DNA of 64,000 nt from Parasitella parasitica NRRL 2501. Taxonomy: Eukaryota > Fungi > Mucoromycota. The notes under the pieces are model-generated. The model ran no database searches, had not been told where the DNA came from, and saw only the letters and a program-made list of their open reading frames with translations. Made by a program: the position numbers and the translations under genes. Of this stretch, positions 48,000-61,476 are shown one piece after another; position 1 is the stretch's first letter, and the number at the start of each line of letters is the position of its first letter. The stretch lies in NCBI GenBank assembly GCA_025201805.1, contig MU619390.1, positions 1-64,000 of the forward strand. Reading direction: 5' to 3'.

Positions 48000-49479
48000 T
48001 TACAATAAAAGTGAAGATGGATGTTGCTGCTGCTGGATCATCATTTGATATAAATCATCGCTGGTTTGTTGTTGTTGCTGCTGCTGCTGCTGCTGCTGGC
48101 GTTGATGGTTTTCAATGGCATTAGCAGAGCTTTGAGAAGGGTAGAAGAAAGGTGCTTGGAGCATCAGATGGGACATGTTGGTCTTGGACAACTGCTGTGG
48201 ATTGATGATTCCATACGACAGACTACCATGGTACATCATTTGCTGTGCTGCAGCAGAAGCAGCGATTGCTGAAGGCTCCGGGGTAGCAGAGGGCGACATT
48301 GTGAAATCACGGCAAAGATCAAGGCCTGGGGGAGGCGGAGCATGCTGCAAATCCATCATCACGGAGTTTGCAACGCTGATTCTAGAGGCTAATTCCGGCG
48401 CCAATGCAATCAAGTCCAAAAGAGCCTGTTTGAATGCTTTATGGCTACCCTGTAAGACGTGGAAGCCATCGATGCTAGCCTGCTTGTCTTCGGTAAAGTC
48501 TCCACAACGCACCCACTGCTGGTCTTGGTCAAAGCGGCACATTGAGAATGCCAATGGCAGGCTCAATTCAATGTCCAACTGACCAACGACTTCGCCTGTC
48601 TCGACCTGGATTTGCTGGCTCAATCTGAGCTGATGAATGCTATCAAAGCAAACCTGGATCCTAAAGTGGTGACCTTCAGCCTGGACCCTCCAAATAAACT
48701 CGCGATCGATTGGGCTGGCATAGCAGACGAGATCCCAATCTGCTTGCTGAAGATGAGGGGAAGCATGAGCAAATCTTGTCCATGAACCGATGCGAAGCAC
48801 ACTAACGGGAAGAGGCACAGTTTGGATCGGGGTGCTGGGGATGGAGTCTCTTGCCAAAACTGCAGCAGGAGCAATTGAAGCATTTGCAGCAGGTACTATT
48901 TTTAAACAATGTTAACATGTTTATTCATGGCTGTATGCAGCTTTTTTTTTTTTTTTTTTTTTGACATTTACCATCATCACATGTCCTTTGGATTCCTTCA
49001 GACATGGCTCGCATGTTGTCATGGTTACGGGCTGTATCTAACAAGAAAGACGATTTTGGCTCAGGCTTTGAGCTTGAACGGGGTCTCTTGCGAATCTGGT
49101 GGTGGTCTTGGTGTTTTAACTCTTCAAAACGCTCTGGCGTCATCATGGTACGGAATGTAGCTTGATAACGAGGAGGAGTAGGCTGGCGATCTTGGTAAGG
49201 CGGATTCGTCCAGCCAGGTCTGACAAGTGCTGACGCATTGCTTGCATTGTTGGATGAGAGTGAGCCAAGAGCATCCACTTTTCTGGCCTTAGCACGGCGG
49301 TTTTGAAACCAGATTTGAATTGTCCTTTCCGTAACGGCAAGGTCCCGAGCCAATCGACTACGAACGCTGGAGTCTGGAAGGGGGTTTGCGCTGAAAGATT
49401 CTTGAAGAGCAGCCACTTGGCTTGGCTTTAGGTGAGTGCGCTTTCTTGTTGGTGCGGGCGATGCTGAATGAGTGTTCAT
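48000..49479 (-). CDS. Homeodomain transcription factor with a HOY1/Pah1-type C-terminal domain and poly-Q tail
   Basis: RKRTHLKPSQVAALQESF...TERTIQIWFQNRRAK; SVLRIGSWTR...DLVCY...WVRCGDFTEDKQAS. Confidence 0.9.
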
Positions 49480-50081
49480 TTTTGGAGCGTAAAAGAGAAG
49501 GGAGAGAGGAATAAAAGAGAGTGAGAAAAGAAACACAAACAAACACTTTTTTTAAAAAAAATAAATAGAGTGATCCAAGACTAAACATTTTATATCCCAA
49601 AAAAAAAAAAAAAAGGGGGGGGGGAGGGGAGATGCAATTTGCGCAACTCACAAAATGGTTGTGTGTGAAAAGTAGTAGTAGCTTGACAATCGAAAAAAGA
49701 AGAAACCGTTTGGGCGAGAACTGTTGGAGATGGTCCAGCTCCGTCGATATTGGGAGCACAAACTCTGTGACCCAGACATTTCGCATTCTGGGCAGCCCAA
49801 AAAGAAAGGGGCTCTAATTATTATCATTGGACATTTCATCATTCACAAGGTAAACGTGTGCCTAGAACCGCTGTGATTGTATTTTTAACTTTTTTCTTTT
49901 TTTTTTCTTTTTTGCCAAGGTTGGCAGATCCCCTCCAGAATGTAGCCTGTCCAACCTCAAGAAACGTCACCAATTAACGCAATTAATTCTAGGCGATCAA
50001 TGAATCTTGTATTTAATTGTTATTTGTTGACAATTGCCTTTTTCTCTTCTTTCCTCTCACCAACACTAGACAAGATAGAAA

Positions 50082-52903
50082 ATGCCACCCAAGAAAGAAA
50101 AGTCTGTCAGAATTGCGTCCGACGAGATACTTCCTGGTAAGTTGAATTTGTCAACTACGCCCTGTGTTTTATGCGCACATAAACTCCCTTTTTATTAACA
50201 TACATATATTCACCGTAGACGCAGACACGTTTCCCTTGGTGCAACCTCCTCCTCCCCCTCCCCCTCCTCCTCCTTTGGCTGCTGTCACTACTTTGGGTCA
50301 CATGAGTAAGAAAAACGACGAGCAGCCCTTTTACAGCATTGAAATGCAGCAAGAGGATCATTTCTTTTACGACAACACCAGCGGCAAGCCAGCGCATGAT
50401 TCCTGGTCCTCAAAATCTACGCTGAATCCTCAAAATCCATTCGAGCAAAACCTAGTCATGAGCCGACAGAACACACTGACAGAGGAGCCTACTGATATCC
50501 ACATGGAAGAAACAAGCAAGATGATCCATGATTTAGAAAACGACGAGAACAGACAGCAGGATCAAGAAGACAAACTCTTGGAGTCCGAGAAATCGTCGAG
50601 CTCTGTTGCTACCAGTAAAACAGAAATTGTAACAAAAGAAACAGTGGCGAAGCCCGATGCTGACAGCGATGGAGAGTTTGATTGGAACGATGATCCGGAT
50701 CAAGTCAAGCCTAAGCGGAGAAAGACAGCGCGAGAACGATTCACTGCTGCCATAAAGCGCCCCTGTTGCTGGCATTACCTATCCCCCATTCTGAAACGCA
50801 TCATCATCGCCATCCTGGGCTCGTGCATCTTTGTTGCAATTGCCGTCGTCATCTATGCAACTCTCCCAGAGCCAACCGAGGCTCAGTTAGCAGATCCCAA
50901 GTTTACAAACGTCCGTAGCAATGTTCAGTGTTGGATGTACTGGGCGGCCTTCATGTGGCATATCTTTTGGATTACCACCTTTATGCTGGACATGGTGCCT
51001 TCGATCGTCTCCCTCTGGACAAAGCTCTTTAAGGGTAGAAGATCTGAAAAAGTCAAGTCGTATATGGAGGTAAGCATTCTACAGCATAGCAACGTGGCTT
51101 TTTTTTTTTTTTTTTTGAGGTGGCCCCCCTTTAGTATTACATGAGTTTGAAGGGCAATTTTTGTTTGCTGTTGCTGGCTGCTTGGAATCTAGGTTCTTGG
51201 TGTTTTTTGATTCAGTATCCCTTTGATGTAAATACAAACTGATCTGTCACTTGTTTTGGCCTATGCTCACATTTCACCCTATTTAGTCAATCAGCAAACA
51301 TGCGTACTCTGCCATCATCACAAAGGTATTCGGCTGCTTGTTGGCAGCTGCTGGCTTGTACTTTTTGCAGAAAACAGTAATTCAGATCATTGGTAAGCTT
51401 GTTGCATGTCACAAAAAAAATGGCTTCACTTTTTTTATTTATTTATATTGCTCTATTTTTAGCTGTCAGATTCCATCGTACGGCCTTTTCGGAGAGGCTG
51501 CTCGAAAATAAGAAAAGTTTGAAAAGTAAATGTTTATTATAGAAACATCTACCGTCGATCATGGCATGATATTAATAGATCTGTTTGTAATAGTCTTGGA
51601 TACGCTTAGCAAGTCCGAAAAGAAATCTCGTCCTGGATCCGGTGCTGCTGGCGGCTATTCAAGCAACAACCTCAGAAAACGCAGATCTCCTTTGAATCGT
51701 CATCAATGGGATCACAGCTCCTCTAGTCATGATGATCAAACACACCCTATTCGTCCAATGACATTAAACGATGAAACTGCACCAGAGCACTCTTCGTCGT
51801 TTGCTCAATTCAAGAGGTCCATCTCTAGCTTTGTGCTGGCAGAGAAACCAAGCGCAACCACCGGCCGTATCGATAAAAACAAGATGGACATCAATTCCGA
51901 TGACTATGCCAAGAAGGTGGCAAAGAAGCTTTTCTACGCATTGGCGTATCCTGAAGGCTACTATGGCCAAGAAGAAGACAACAAAAAGTGTTTGGATGTG
52001 TTTGCATTCATCCCCTTTTTCGACAATCGTGAAGCAGCTGCTGAGGCATTCAAGGTTTTCGACAAGGACGGAAATGGAGATCTGACCCGCAGAGAGTTTC
52101 GAGACACTGTTGTACACATTTACCGGGAGCGCAAAGGCCTTGCACAGTCTATTCGTGACACCAGTCAAGCACTCGGCAAGATTGACACTCTCTTGCTCAT
52201 CATCACCGTGTTGATTAGTTTGGTAATCTGCTTGGCCATCTTTAACGTTGATTTCTGGAGTGCCTTAGTTCCTTTCGGCACCTTGTTAGCTGCTTGCACC
52301 TTTATTTTTGGCTCATCTGCCGAGGGTCTCTTTACAGGTATCATGTTCCAATTTGTGACACATCCTTATGACTCTGGTGATTTGGTTCAAATTGATTCTA
52401 GCTACATGACAGTCTTGAATATTGGCATCTTGGGCACTGTTTTCATTGCTGGCGATGGCACCAAACTATATGCTCCTACCTCCCTGCTTCAAACCAAGAT
52501 CATCTACAATGTGCGTCGCTCTGATGACATGGGTGAATCTCTTTCCTTCAACATTGATTTCAGAACCGACAATGACCTTATTCTGCTGCTCCGAGAGCGT
52601 CTTTTGGAATGGGTGTTATCACAGAGCCGTGATTTTAGCCCAGGTTTTGACTTGCGTGTAACCGACATCAAGGATATGAACCAGGTCATTCTCACTATTT
52701 GGCTACCTCACAAAGGCAATTGGGTCGACTTGGGTAAACGTTTCCAAAGAAAGACGAGATTCATGTTGGCTTTGAAAGCCATCTTGACTGATTTGAATAT
52801 CAAATACGAGCTGCCTGCTCAAAGAATCACTTCGGGTCACCCCAATGACAACAATCCTTTCAACAACGCGATCAGACCTCAAAATTTCTCTGATCGTCAG
52901 TAG
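50082..52903 (+). CDS. MscS-like mechanosensitive channel with EF hand (Msy1/Msy2-type), multi-exon
   Basis: TM segments, RFHRTAFSERL, EF hand FDKDGNGDLTRREF, FVTHPYDSGDLVQID, IIYNVRRS. Confidence 0.92.
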
Positions 52904-53892
52904 ATATCTCTTGCCTATAGTGTATTAAAAGCATCCGTAAATACCCTCCTCCCCTCCCCCCCCCCCTCCTCCTCCTCTAAAAGTGAAAATAAAAAATGTA
53001 ATTTATTTATGTGTATTTACAATTGCTTTGCTCCGTTAATTGAGCACTCATCAATCTGTCACTGATTTTTTTTTAAAAAAAAAACATCCGCCCATATACT
53101 TTTGCCGCCCACCCAAAATACACGAAAAAGAAAAATATCTGTATACATTGGCTAGTGTTCTTTAAACAGGAGACTGCAAAGCATAGAATCACAAAGAAAT
53201 TATACCTAGACTTGATCCCTCGGCAAGAGGAGACGTATCTCAAACGGGTGACCTAACACTACTATTCAACACTTGATCGAAGAATACTGCTCTCAGAGAC
53301 TACTAACGTGTTGCGTTCAGGACAAAATGATCGCAAACATCGACCGAGAAACGAAGAACCCCCTGAATCTACCATTCACTATTGTGTCATATTTACTATA
53401 TATATGTCCATAGCATATCCTATAAATATCCGCACATTATATCACTTTATTCATAAACCAAGTCTCCCTCTCCCAATTGTGGCTATAGAAAATTTCTGTG
53501 TGAACCTCAAACCCATTAAACATGTTTGAGCATAACTCGAAATGCGTATCTACGGCTAGAGATGGCAAATTGGAAAAGGAAAATCAATCCGAATCATTTT
53601 ATTATTGGATCCCAAGGCAGAGAATCAGCCACGATTCCTTCAACTTGCAGGAAATACCGGTACTTCAAAAGCTAAAGTCGAAAATAATCTGCTGCCAAAT
53701 AAGTATATTTACAATACTTGTAGCATCTTTTCTCATGTCTATATCAACAACATTCACAAGAGCATTTAAGCTAAAAAGAAGAATGCAAGACGGTAGCCAG
53801 GGCATTATAATATATCAAAATAAAATGAAGTTGTCGTGTCAAAGTTTATTAAATGTCAAATGTATAGACCACGTCCATTAGAAAATGGTGAT

Positions 53893-54156
53893 TCAAGCTT
53901 GACAAGTAAAATAAGGATCATCAGGAATATAAGTACAAGTAATGCCTCCAGCTAACAAGAATTTATCGCATGTCGCTTGCGCTTCCACTGAGCATGTTCC
54001 TGTATTATTTTCCTCTTGGCATATAGTGTTTGAACATAAATTCCCTCCAGGTGCAACAAACAAGACACAGGCATTGTTTTGATCCAGGGAACATTGAGCC
54101 GCAAATGAAGCTGAGATGCTGGTAAGTAAGAGAATAGCAAGAGTAAAGTTTTTCAT
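53893..54156 (-). CDS. Small secreted cysteine-rich protein (87 aa, 8 Cys)
   Basis: Signal peptide MKNFTLAILLLTSISASFA, intronless, TATATAAA at 54212-54205. Confidence 0.82.
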   Translation of the reverse strand: MKNFTLAILLLTSISASFAAQCSLDQNNACVLFVAPGGNLCSNTICQEENNTGTCSVEAQATCDKFLLAGGITCTYIPDDPYFTCQA

Positions 54157-54859
54157 TTGTGAAAGAAGATAAAGACATTCAAAACAAGAAGAAAAGCATA
54201 CGTCTTTATATAGGGTTTTTTTTCCTGCTTGTAACTCGAAAAGAAGACAGTTTATAGGCTACTAATAGAGGACGTTGCTATAAATTTAAAGATTGGTACT
54301 GGATCGCTGCACTTGCCTGCTGATTAAGCCAAGGAAGTTGGCTGAAATGTAATGCAGTTTTACATAAATGACCATAATGCAAACAGCGTGTACAAAGAGC
54401 CATAATCATATTTTTAGTTCTGCATTAAAAAAAAAATACTTGTAACGCTCCTCTTATGTCGCCTTTAGGTCAAAATATAGAACTTTGTTTTATTGTCGAC
54501 TGAATTATGCATTATTACTTGATTTTTCTCCTAAAAAAAAGCGATAGCCCACACTGTTTTAAGCCGTTTCATATAACAGTGGTATATTTACTACCAATCA
54601 ACTACTGCTTTAATCGATTCTCTAAAAATGGCGACGGTTCAGATCCTTTGTAGAGCTATAAATGGCAATAATTAGAGCGAATACGGTTTCAGCTTGAGCT
54701 CTCTTCAGTTTGTGTTGTTGGATATACTTGTCAGATTGAATTTCTCACAATAGAATAAAGTAATGGAAGAGATTGTTCAAAATTTGTGTCATAAATTGGC
54801 TAGTTCTCTATGTAAAGGGAGTAAGCATAAGTATTACTGCATATAAAGCAGACGTTACT

Positions 54860-56376
54860 TTATAACAGAATGGTTTCAAGATTTTCATGGAGAATACTAT
54901 CAGATACAGACTCCATAATATGATTTAATAATTGTGTATCGGTAGCAACGGTATAATGTACATAGATTTGTTTGCTGGCGTTGACATTTAGCTTTGTAAA
55001 TCTCTGTTTAAAAAAATCAGAAGCCTTGTCATAGTCTGTTGATGGTCCTACAATGCGATGAGTTTATGGTAAAGGATGTGGCTTTAACATCACGCTGGGT
55101 ACCTTTATAGTCAGGAAAATACCCTTTAATTTCAGACTTTTGCATTTTCTCTTTGAATAGGTCAATCTTGTTGAGGAATAGAATTATGGACGTATTGACA
55201 AACCATTTGGAGTTACAAATGGATTCAAACAACATAAAAGCTTCGTACATCTAGAATTCATTTTACATTATGAGTATAAAATTAGCTGTATGTAACCTTG
55301 CTTACCTGATTCTATTTACAACAAATTTAATGAAAAACGATCGATTGGTAAAGACGAGGATGGAGAGTTTTAAAATAACTGATTAAATATATGAATTGTA
55401 ATACTTTACTGAATATTTGTCTTCCACTAGACAGCAATCGTAACCGCTCAAAGCGGCCACAAACAAAACTGCTGCAACATTGTCAAAACAGTGCATCCTG
55501 CGTATGTAAATGTGTGATATCTACTGAGCGAGAAATGTATAGAGAATATAAATTGAGCAGTGCCTACCATTTCTTTCTTTCACTGCGCTGACCACCCACA
55601 TCAAACATCCTGTAAGTGACAGAGCCATGTCTAAATTTGGACTCGACAATTCCTAGTTTTCGGCACATGTTTCACACATGAGATCATTTTGTTTGCCTTT
55701 TTTTTTTTTTTAGATTACCTGTGGTTTTTATACGGCAGTGGATAATATCAGGATCTGTTGGTATGTAATCAGGACGAAACAGCCTGTCTAGCTGATTGAA
55801 AAAACTCGATGTAATTTTAAAACGCGCTGCTGCCTAGAACACTGAGTCCGAGGGAAAAGGTGTATACTCACTATTTGATGTTTTCATTAAAGGCAAAGGT
55901 ATGCCCCTTAGTAAATGTTGTCTGAATGCTCTTGTCTTTCCACAATGAGACAAGTGGTTGGTGATAAGCTATTGGATACGGCTCATGTATCGATAATTGA
56001 ATTGAATTTACAGGACGATCAAATAAACTGATATAGCTCCAATTCATTTCATTTTCAAATGTTAATTTTAATATGGCCATACTCTCTAGTAAAGCTTGCA
56101 TCGATCCCAATAAGTTTGTAAATATCATGGCTCGAAAGTTTTCTCTTTCGATTGTCGAGAATCCACAATCATGAATCAATTTCATTTGTTTGATAATGGT
56201 GCTTTTGCCAGAATCACCAGCGCCTATGCAATCTGTCGATAAAATAGTCCTAACTTCCAAGCTTCTACTTGTGTCTTACCTAACAAGACGATTTTGATTT
56301 CTTTGCCAGCTCTCTTTTTTTCAATTTTGAGCTGCTTATCGATTGCTTTCGATTTAGAGCTAATGCTATTCCCCAT
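54860..56376 (-). CDS. Heterotrimeric G-protein alpha subunit, multi-exon
   Basis: MGNSIS, VLL|[24 protein letters not shown]|[28 protein letters not shown]; 6-nt microexon at 55311-55306. Confidence 0.95.
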
Positions 56377-56600
56377 GGGTCTTGATTATTTAATTCGAAC
56401 AAGAGGGAAAGAAGAACAAGAAGAAGAAAAAAAAAATGGAAATAGCAACTGTTTAATTACAAGAAAAAAGAAAAAGGCTTTTACCTTTTAAAGTTGGAGC
56501 ATCTATCATTGTTACTCGAAAATTTATGGTACACTACACTACTAATATATATACAAGCAAAAATAAAATAAAATAATATAAAAAAATACACGCAAAATGG

Positions 56601-57639
56601 TTATTTTTTGATTTTCCCTTTCCAGCCTGGCTCTTCCACTTGATTGTACTTTTCTTTCCAAATCCACGAATTTCCGATTATGCCCTGCCCTTGTTTTTCC
56701 GCTAAGCGATAATACTTGGCTGCACAATACAGGTCTTTTTTAACGCCTAGTCCATGTGTATAACAGAATCCTAGGTCATTTTGTGCATCAGGATCTCCTA
56801 AATTCGATGATATTTGAAAGTAATACGCTGCTGTTTCTAGCTTTTTTGGTACCTGAAATTTTTACTTTAGTTTTTTTTCTCACCAAAAAAAAAAAAAAAA
56901 AACAACTTACGCCCCATCCATGTCGAAAACACACGCCTAGTTCATATATAGCAAGCACTAATTCGGATTTTGCGACAGATGCGGATTGCGCTATGCCGGT
57001 CTGTAAGTCATAGACCGCACACTCTGCTGCACTTTGTAGATATCGCACTGCTTTTGTGGGGTTTCTTTTGCATCCCCAACCATGCCTCAATGCAATGCCG
57101 TAGAAAAATAGTCCTAATGGCGATCCTCCTTCTGCCGATAATCTCCAATAGTGTGTTGCTTTTTCCAATTCACCTTTTTCGTGGCATTTCATACCTAATT
57201 GAAGATAGTCCTGCGTATCCTCGGTTTGGCTCGACCTTTTCACACTAGAAAGCGGACGGTCTGACGAAGAAGATGTGGACGAGGAATGAATGGATTGCAG
57301 ACTGCGGCTCATGAGAGGGTTGCTAGTGTTTTTTACTAAAGCGGACGATGATGATGCGACGAGTAGATTTTCATCAAGCGATGTGAGCGAATGAGCTGAT
57401 CTGATATCAAACACTTGATTCTGTCTACTGTGATCATATTCACTAGTTGTGTTGGTATTTGGCGGATAATCCATACAAGCAGGACTTGTAGGTAAATAAG
57501 GCGGTTTTTCTTCTGTTTTTTGATGAAATAGAGAGAACATCTTTTTCTTTTTGCTTTTGCTGCTGCGGCTGCTGCTAATGCTGCTACTGTCGTTTTCACT
57601 GCTGTTGTCTAAGGATAGAGCCTTTTTTATTCTGTCCAT
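56601..57639 (-). CDS. SEL1-repeat protein (Dsf2/Nif1-like), 2 exons
   Basis: YGIALRHGWGC, AIYELGVCFRHGWG|VPKK, GDPDAQNDLGFCYTHGLGV, GNSWIWKEKY; stop at 56603-56601. Confidence 0.88.
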
Positions 57640-57668
57640 TTGCTATGAGAAGAAAGGGGGAATTATGT

Positions 57669-57669
57669 G

Positions 57670-57701
<32 letters not shown>
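57669..57701. repeat. Long poly(A) tract upstream of the SEL1 gene
   Basis: More than 30 consecutive A. Confidence 0.9.
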
Positions 57702-57704
<3 letters not shown>

Positions 57705-60199
57705 TTAAATTTATATAGATCAGGAAAATTTGAATACAGCACCCAAACCAATTAAGACAATAATAGGTCATTCAAATGATGAAAATATACTTATTCCGTG
57801 TCAAGTCTTAGGAGATTTTTGTCTCCTAGATTGATATACAAGTCATATATAATTAGTGATCTGGATTCATTTGATTCCATTACAATGTTGTTCACGGTAC
57901 CAACTTTGCCACCGCGCGAGTTCAGTTGTTAGCCAACGCTCAATAATTGGCATCGGCCAAAAAAAGTCAAGCTTTGCTTCCGATCATATGAACTTGTTTT
58001 AAAATACTGTGTTTCTGCTACTATCGTATTGCTTTTGATCCATTGCAGGTATATCGTAATAGCAAATGCTGCCACAAAAATCCTTTTATAGATTTTGTTT
58101 GGTATCTGATGTTATCATTTGCCTTCTTCTAATCAACGACTGCACCAGATGTGCTTGCATCTTTTACAGGGATGTTGGAAAGGGCTGCATATCTTTGATT
58201 TTGACGTGTATATATCTCTTATTTTTTCCAAAGAGTCGAAATGCGAAAACGCTGGACTTGTTGGCTCCAACAATTTCAAATAACATCAAACAACATATTA
58301 AAAGCAAGCAATAGGTGAATACTTGAATAACAACCTATTTTAAGCGTATAAAACATCCTTCAGGGTCAAAATGAGCTTATTCCTGGCACTTTATTGTATT
58401 TTTGACAAATAAAATCTCATCCTGGATTTATTATTGTCGCCTGATGCATTCGTGCTGTAAATGATCGATTAAGATCATGAAAATGATATCAGTCGAAAAT
58501 GATTGAATTTACTCCTAAATAGACATAATATTGCTAATTTAGGTAATATTCAGACAAAAACACATAATTTTTTTGATCGAAAATGTTTCGCAAATCTTTA
58601 AAACAAAGTTGTTTGAAAACCATACCATCAGATACCAAACTAAACATCTTAAAAGGTTGCTTTACATTGTAATTTGTATGATCTGTTACCAAACTGAATA
58701 GACATATAGCATCGACAAGGCTTTAAAAGATTTCAGATAAAAAAGAATGATGCACGATACTGTATACCGTGAGCACTCTGTTTTATTAATAGCCTTTGCC
58801 ATTGTTGGTCTATATTATTAAAATAAAGGATCTCTTGATTGTCTAAATAAAATAAACTGGAAACAATGATACCAAGTAGAAAAATGTTATATTATAAAAT
58901 TATTTATCCTCGGTAAGCAGCAATATCAGTTTTATTGTTCAATTATCTATGTAGATCACCTTTTTCTATTCTCAACCATACTACTAATCCAATCAATTTT
59001 TTTGTCCAGACGATCAAATTGGACACATTCAACAATGCGTTTGAAGAAGCACTAATTTTAAAGAGTTTTTATATAAGAAATAAAAGATAAGATTACATCT
59101 AATTTAATAAATATAAATAGGCATCATGCCTTGGTTCATTAAAACACTTTTTTTTTCTTGCATTTCTAATTTAAAAGATCATGCTTTGGTAAGGAGATTA
59201 GAGCTGATGCTACATGAAAATGCTGCCATCAAACTCAGCTATGGCAAAGAGTAATTTAAGGAGAATGGTTGCTTGTTTATCGATATGTTCCAATGGCATA
59301 CATGGATAGATTCGTTAATAGCTTACTGTTGTTGCAATTTGGTCCGAAACAGCACCTGAGTAACGAATCAATATTTCGACGATCAATAAAAACGGGGTAG
59401 ATTATTTTGTGGCAAACGTCTCTCTTTTTTTTTTTTCTATCTTGACAAAAGTTCTTGAAGCAATGCAAATCTGATTTTACAGGATTTGCTGCTACAATTG
59501 TGCCTTCTTTTTTTTTTTTTNNNNNNNNNNTTTTTTTGTAGTAAGCGCACTGATGCACATAATTTGCTTGTTCAAAACCCCCTTTTATAATCAAGAGGCT
59601 GTGTGCTACATGATGAGGTCTTTAGCTGACATATGATGAGAACGTAATAAAATCTTAATCAGAAGATAATTGCCACAGGAATAATCCGTCTAATTAAGTA
59701 GCAGTGTTCGTAGGTATTCGTACTTGCACGCTTGCAATAAAATAAGTTCACATATATCTAAATGTAAGCTAGACATTATAAAGATGGATGATTTAACTTT
59801 AGGTGCTAAAGTTTAATTTGACATATTTCAAACCATACACATACGCAATGGAAAACTTATTCCTACACTATCGATAAATTACATTAACAAGACACGGGTT
59901 AAGTATCTATGATATCGTACAAGATTTTTTCAAGATGTAAAACAAAGTATATACATCTGATAACGTGCCATTTGCTTGTATAATATACGCAGGTGGCACT
60001 ATGTGATGTCACTTTGTAGACCATGGATTGGGAAGAAGAAGCAGATCTCTATCATCTACAAACGCTAACCCGTATTAGACTCTACTTCAAAAAGCAAGGT
60101 TCAGATCAAAAGTCAAATGATGAAGACTCTGATGATGAAATGGAAGAAATTCCACTTGTTGCTATACAACAAGGCTGATGAATATTGTCAGCCTTCAAG

Positions 60200-61415
60200 A
60201 ATCAAGATGTTGCCTCTGTTCCGGCCTCCAATGTGGTAAATGCTCTCTGAGCCACGCTTTTATTTGCATAATAATAAAGTAATAATAAACAAACACTATA
60301 CTTTTCCCTTTCTTCCCAACTGCATGAAAAACTCTTGATTTTTTTTTTTTTGCGGGGCCTCCACTTTGGCAACATCTTGGTTGCGTGTCTTGCTCAAGAC
60401 AATCTCAGTTGCCTCCGTTCCGGCCTCCAATGTGGTATGGTTTTCCGGCAAAATGAAGTTTTATATCTTTGGTACTGGTATGCTTCTTCATTGTCGGCTT
60501 GTAGTTATAGCGCTCGAAAGTATCTGTTTTCAACTCCTGATCTTCTGAAGGGCCTTCCACTATTGTTGGCCTAGCCACTGTTAATCCCTTTCCTCGGGTA
60601 TCTGCCATAATTTGATGAGGATGAAGCTGCTGCCCCAACCGTTTCTGATTCAAACCTTGCTTGTTGTAGTCTCTCGATGAACAATGGTTCAAAGGCATTT
60701 ACTGTCCTTCTGTCATCCTCATCATCTCTTCTCTTCAGACGTTTAAGACTGGCTGGCAGTTTAAGTGCATTAGTTGCATATTCTCTAGCATCTTGATTTT
60801 GGAATTTTGCTGTTGCAAATCCGGTAATTGCAAGTTTTTCAGCCTCCTCAAGAGCTGCTTGATATACTGCTTGGTCATCTGATGTTTGGAATGTAATATT
60901 GCCCTTTCTGCTGTCCAAGTAGGCGCATATTTCAGTTGCAGTTTGCTTGCATTTTGGAGCTTTTGAATGCTTATAGACAGTGTTGACAGCTTGTGATGTG
61001 TCGACTTTCCACCTTTTGAGCTCAGGAGCGAGTTTTTTTTATTGTTTTGCTCTTGTTTTGTCCAGTTTTGATGGTGATATCTCTTTGTATTCCTTCTAAA
61101 CTTTTTAATAGTTTCTCGTAACTCATAATTAGACGAGCTTTCCAAAGACTCTGATATTGTCATTGGCAATTTATCTTCTTCCTCTCCTTTGGTTGCTCGG
61201 TTCTCGAGCTCAACTTCTCTAATAATACGGACGACATCCTCTCATGTGAAAAGCTGTTCAGTGGCATATTGCGCAGCTTAGAAAGACATGAAAAAGTATA
61301 GTGTTTTATTTTTATTGCTTGAATATTATGCAAATAAAGAGTGGCTCAAAGAGCAATTACCACATTGGAGACCGGAACGGAGGCAACTGAGATTGTCTTG
61401 GGCACGACAGGCAAT
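60200..61415 (-). mobile_element. Non-autonomous DIRS1-like retroelement: ITR - gag - ICR - ITR
   Basis: Inverted repeats at 60209-60325 and 61271-61387; internal complementary region at 60368-60437 joining the right-end sequence to the left-end sequence; ATT at both termini; frameshifted gag-like ORF at about 61265-60450. Confidence 0.82.
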
Positions 61416-61476
61416 TTATCGTTGTAAATAGTCTACAACAATAGTTATCGACCCAGCTTAACGTAAGCAGACAAAA

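Noticed and set aside
53893-54156. Hydrophobin call for the 8-Cys protein
   Set aside because: Lacks the two CC doublets of the hydrophobin pattern.
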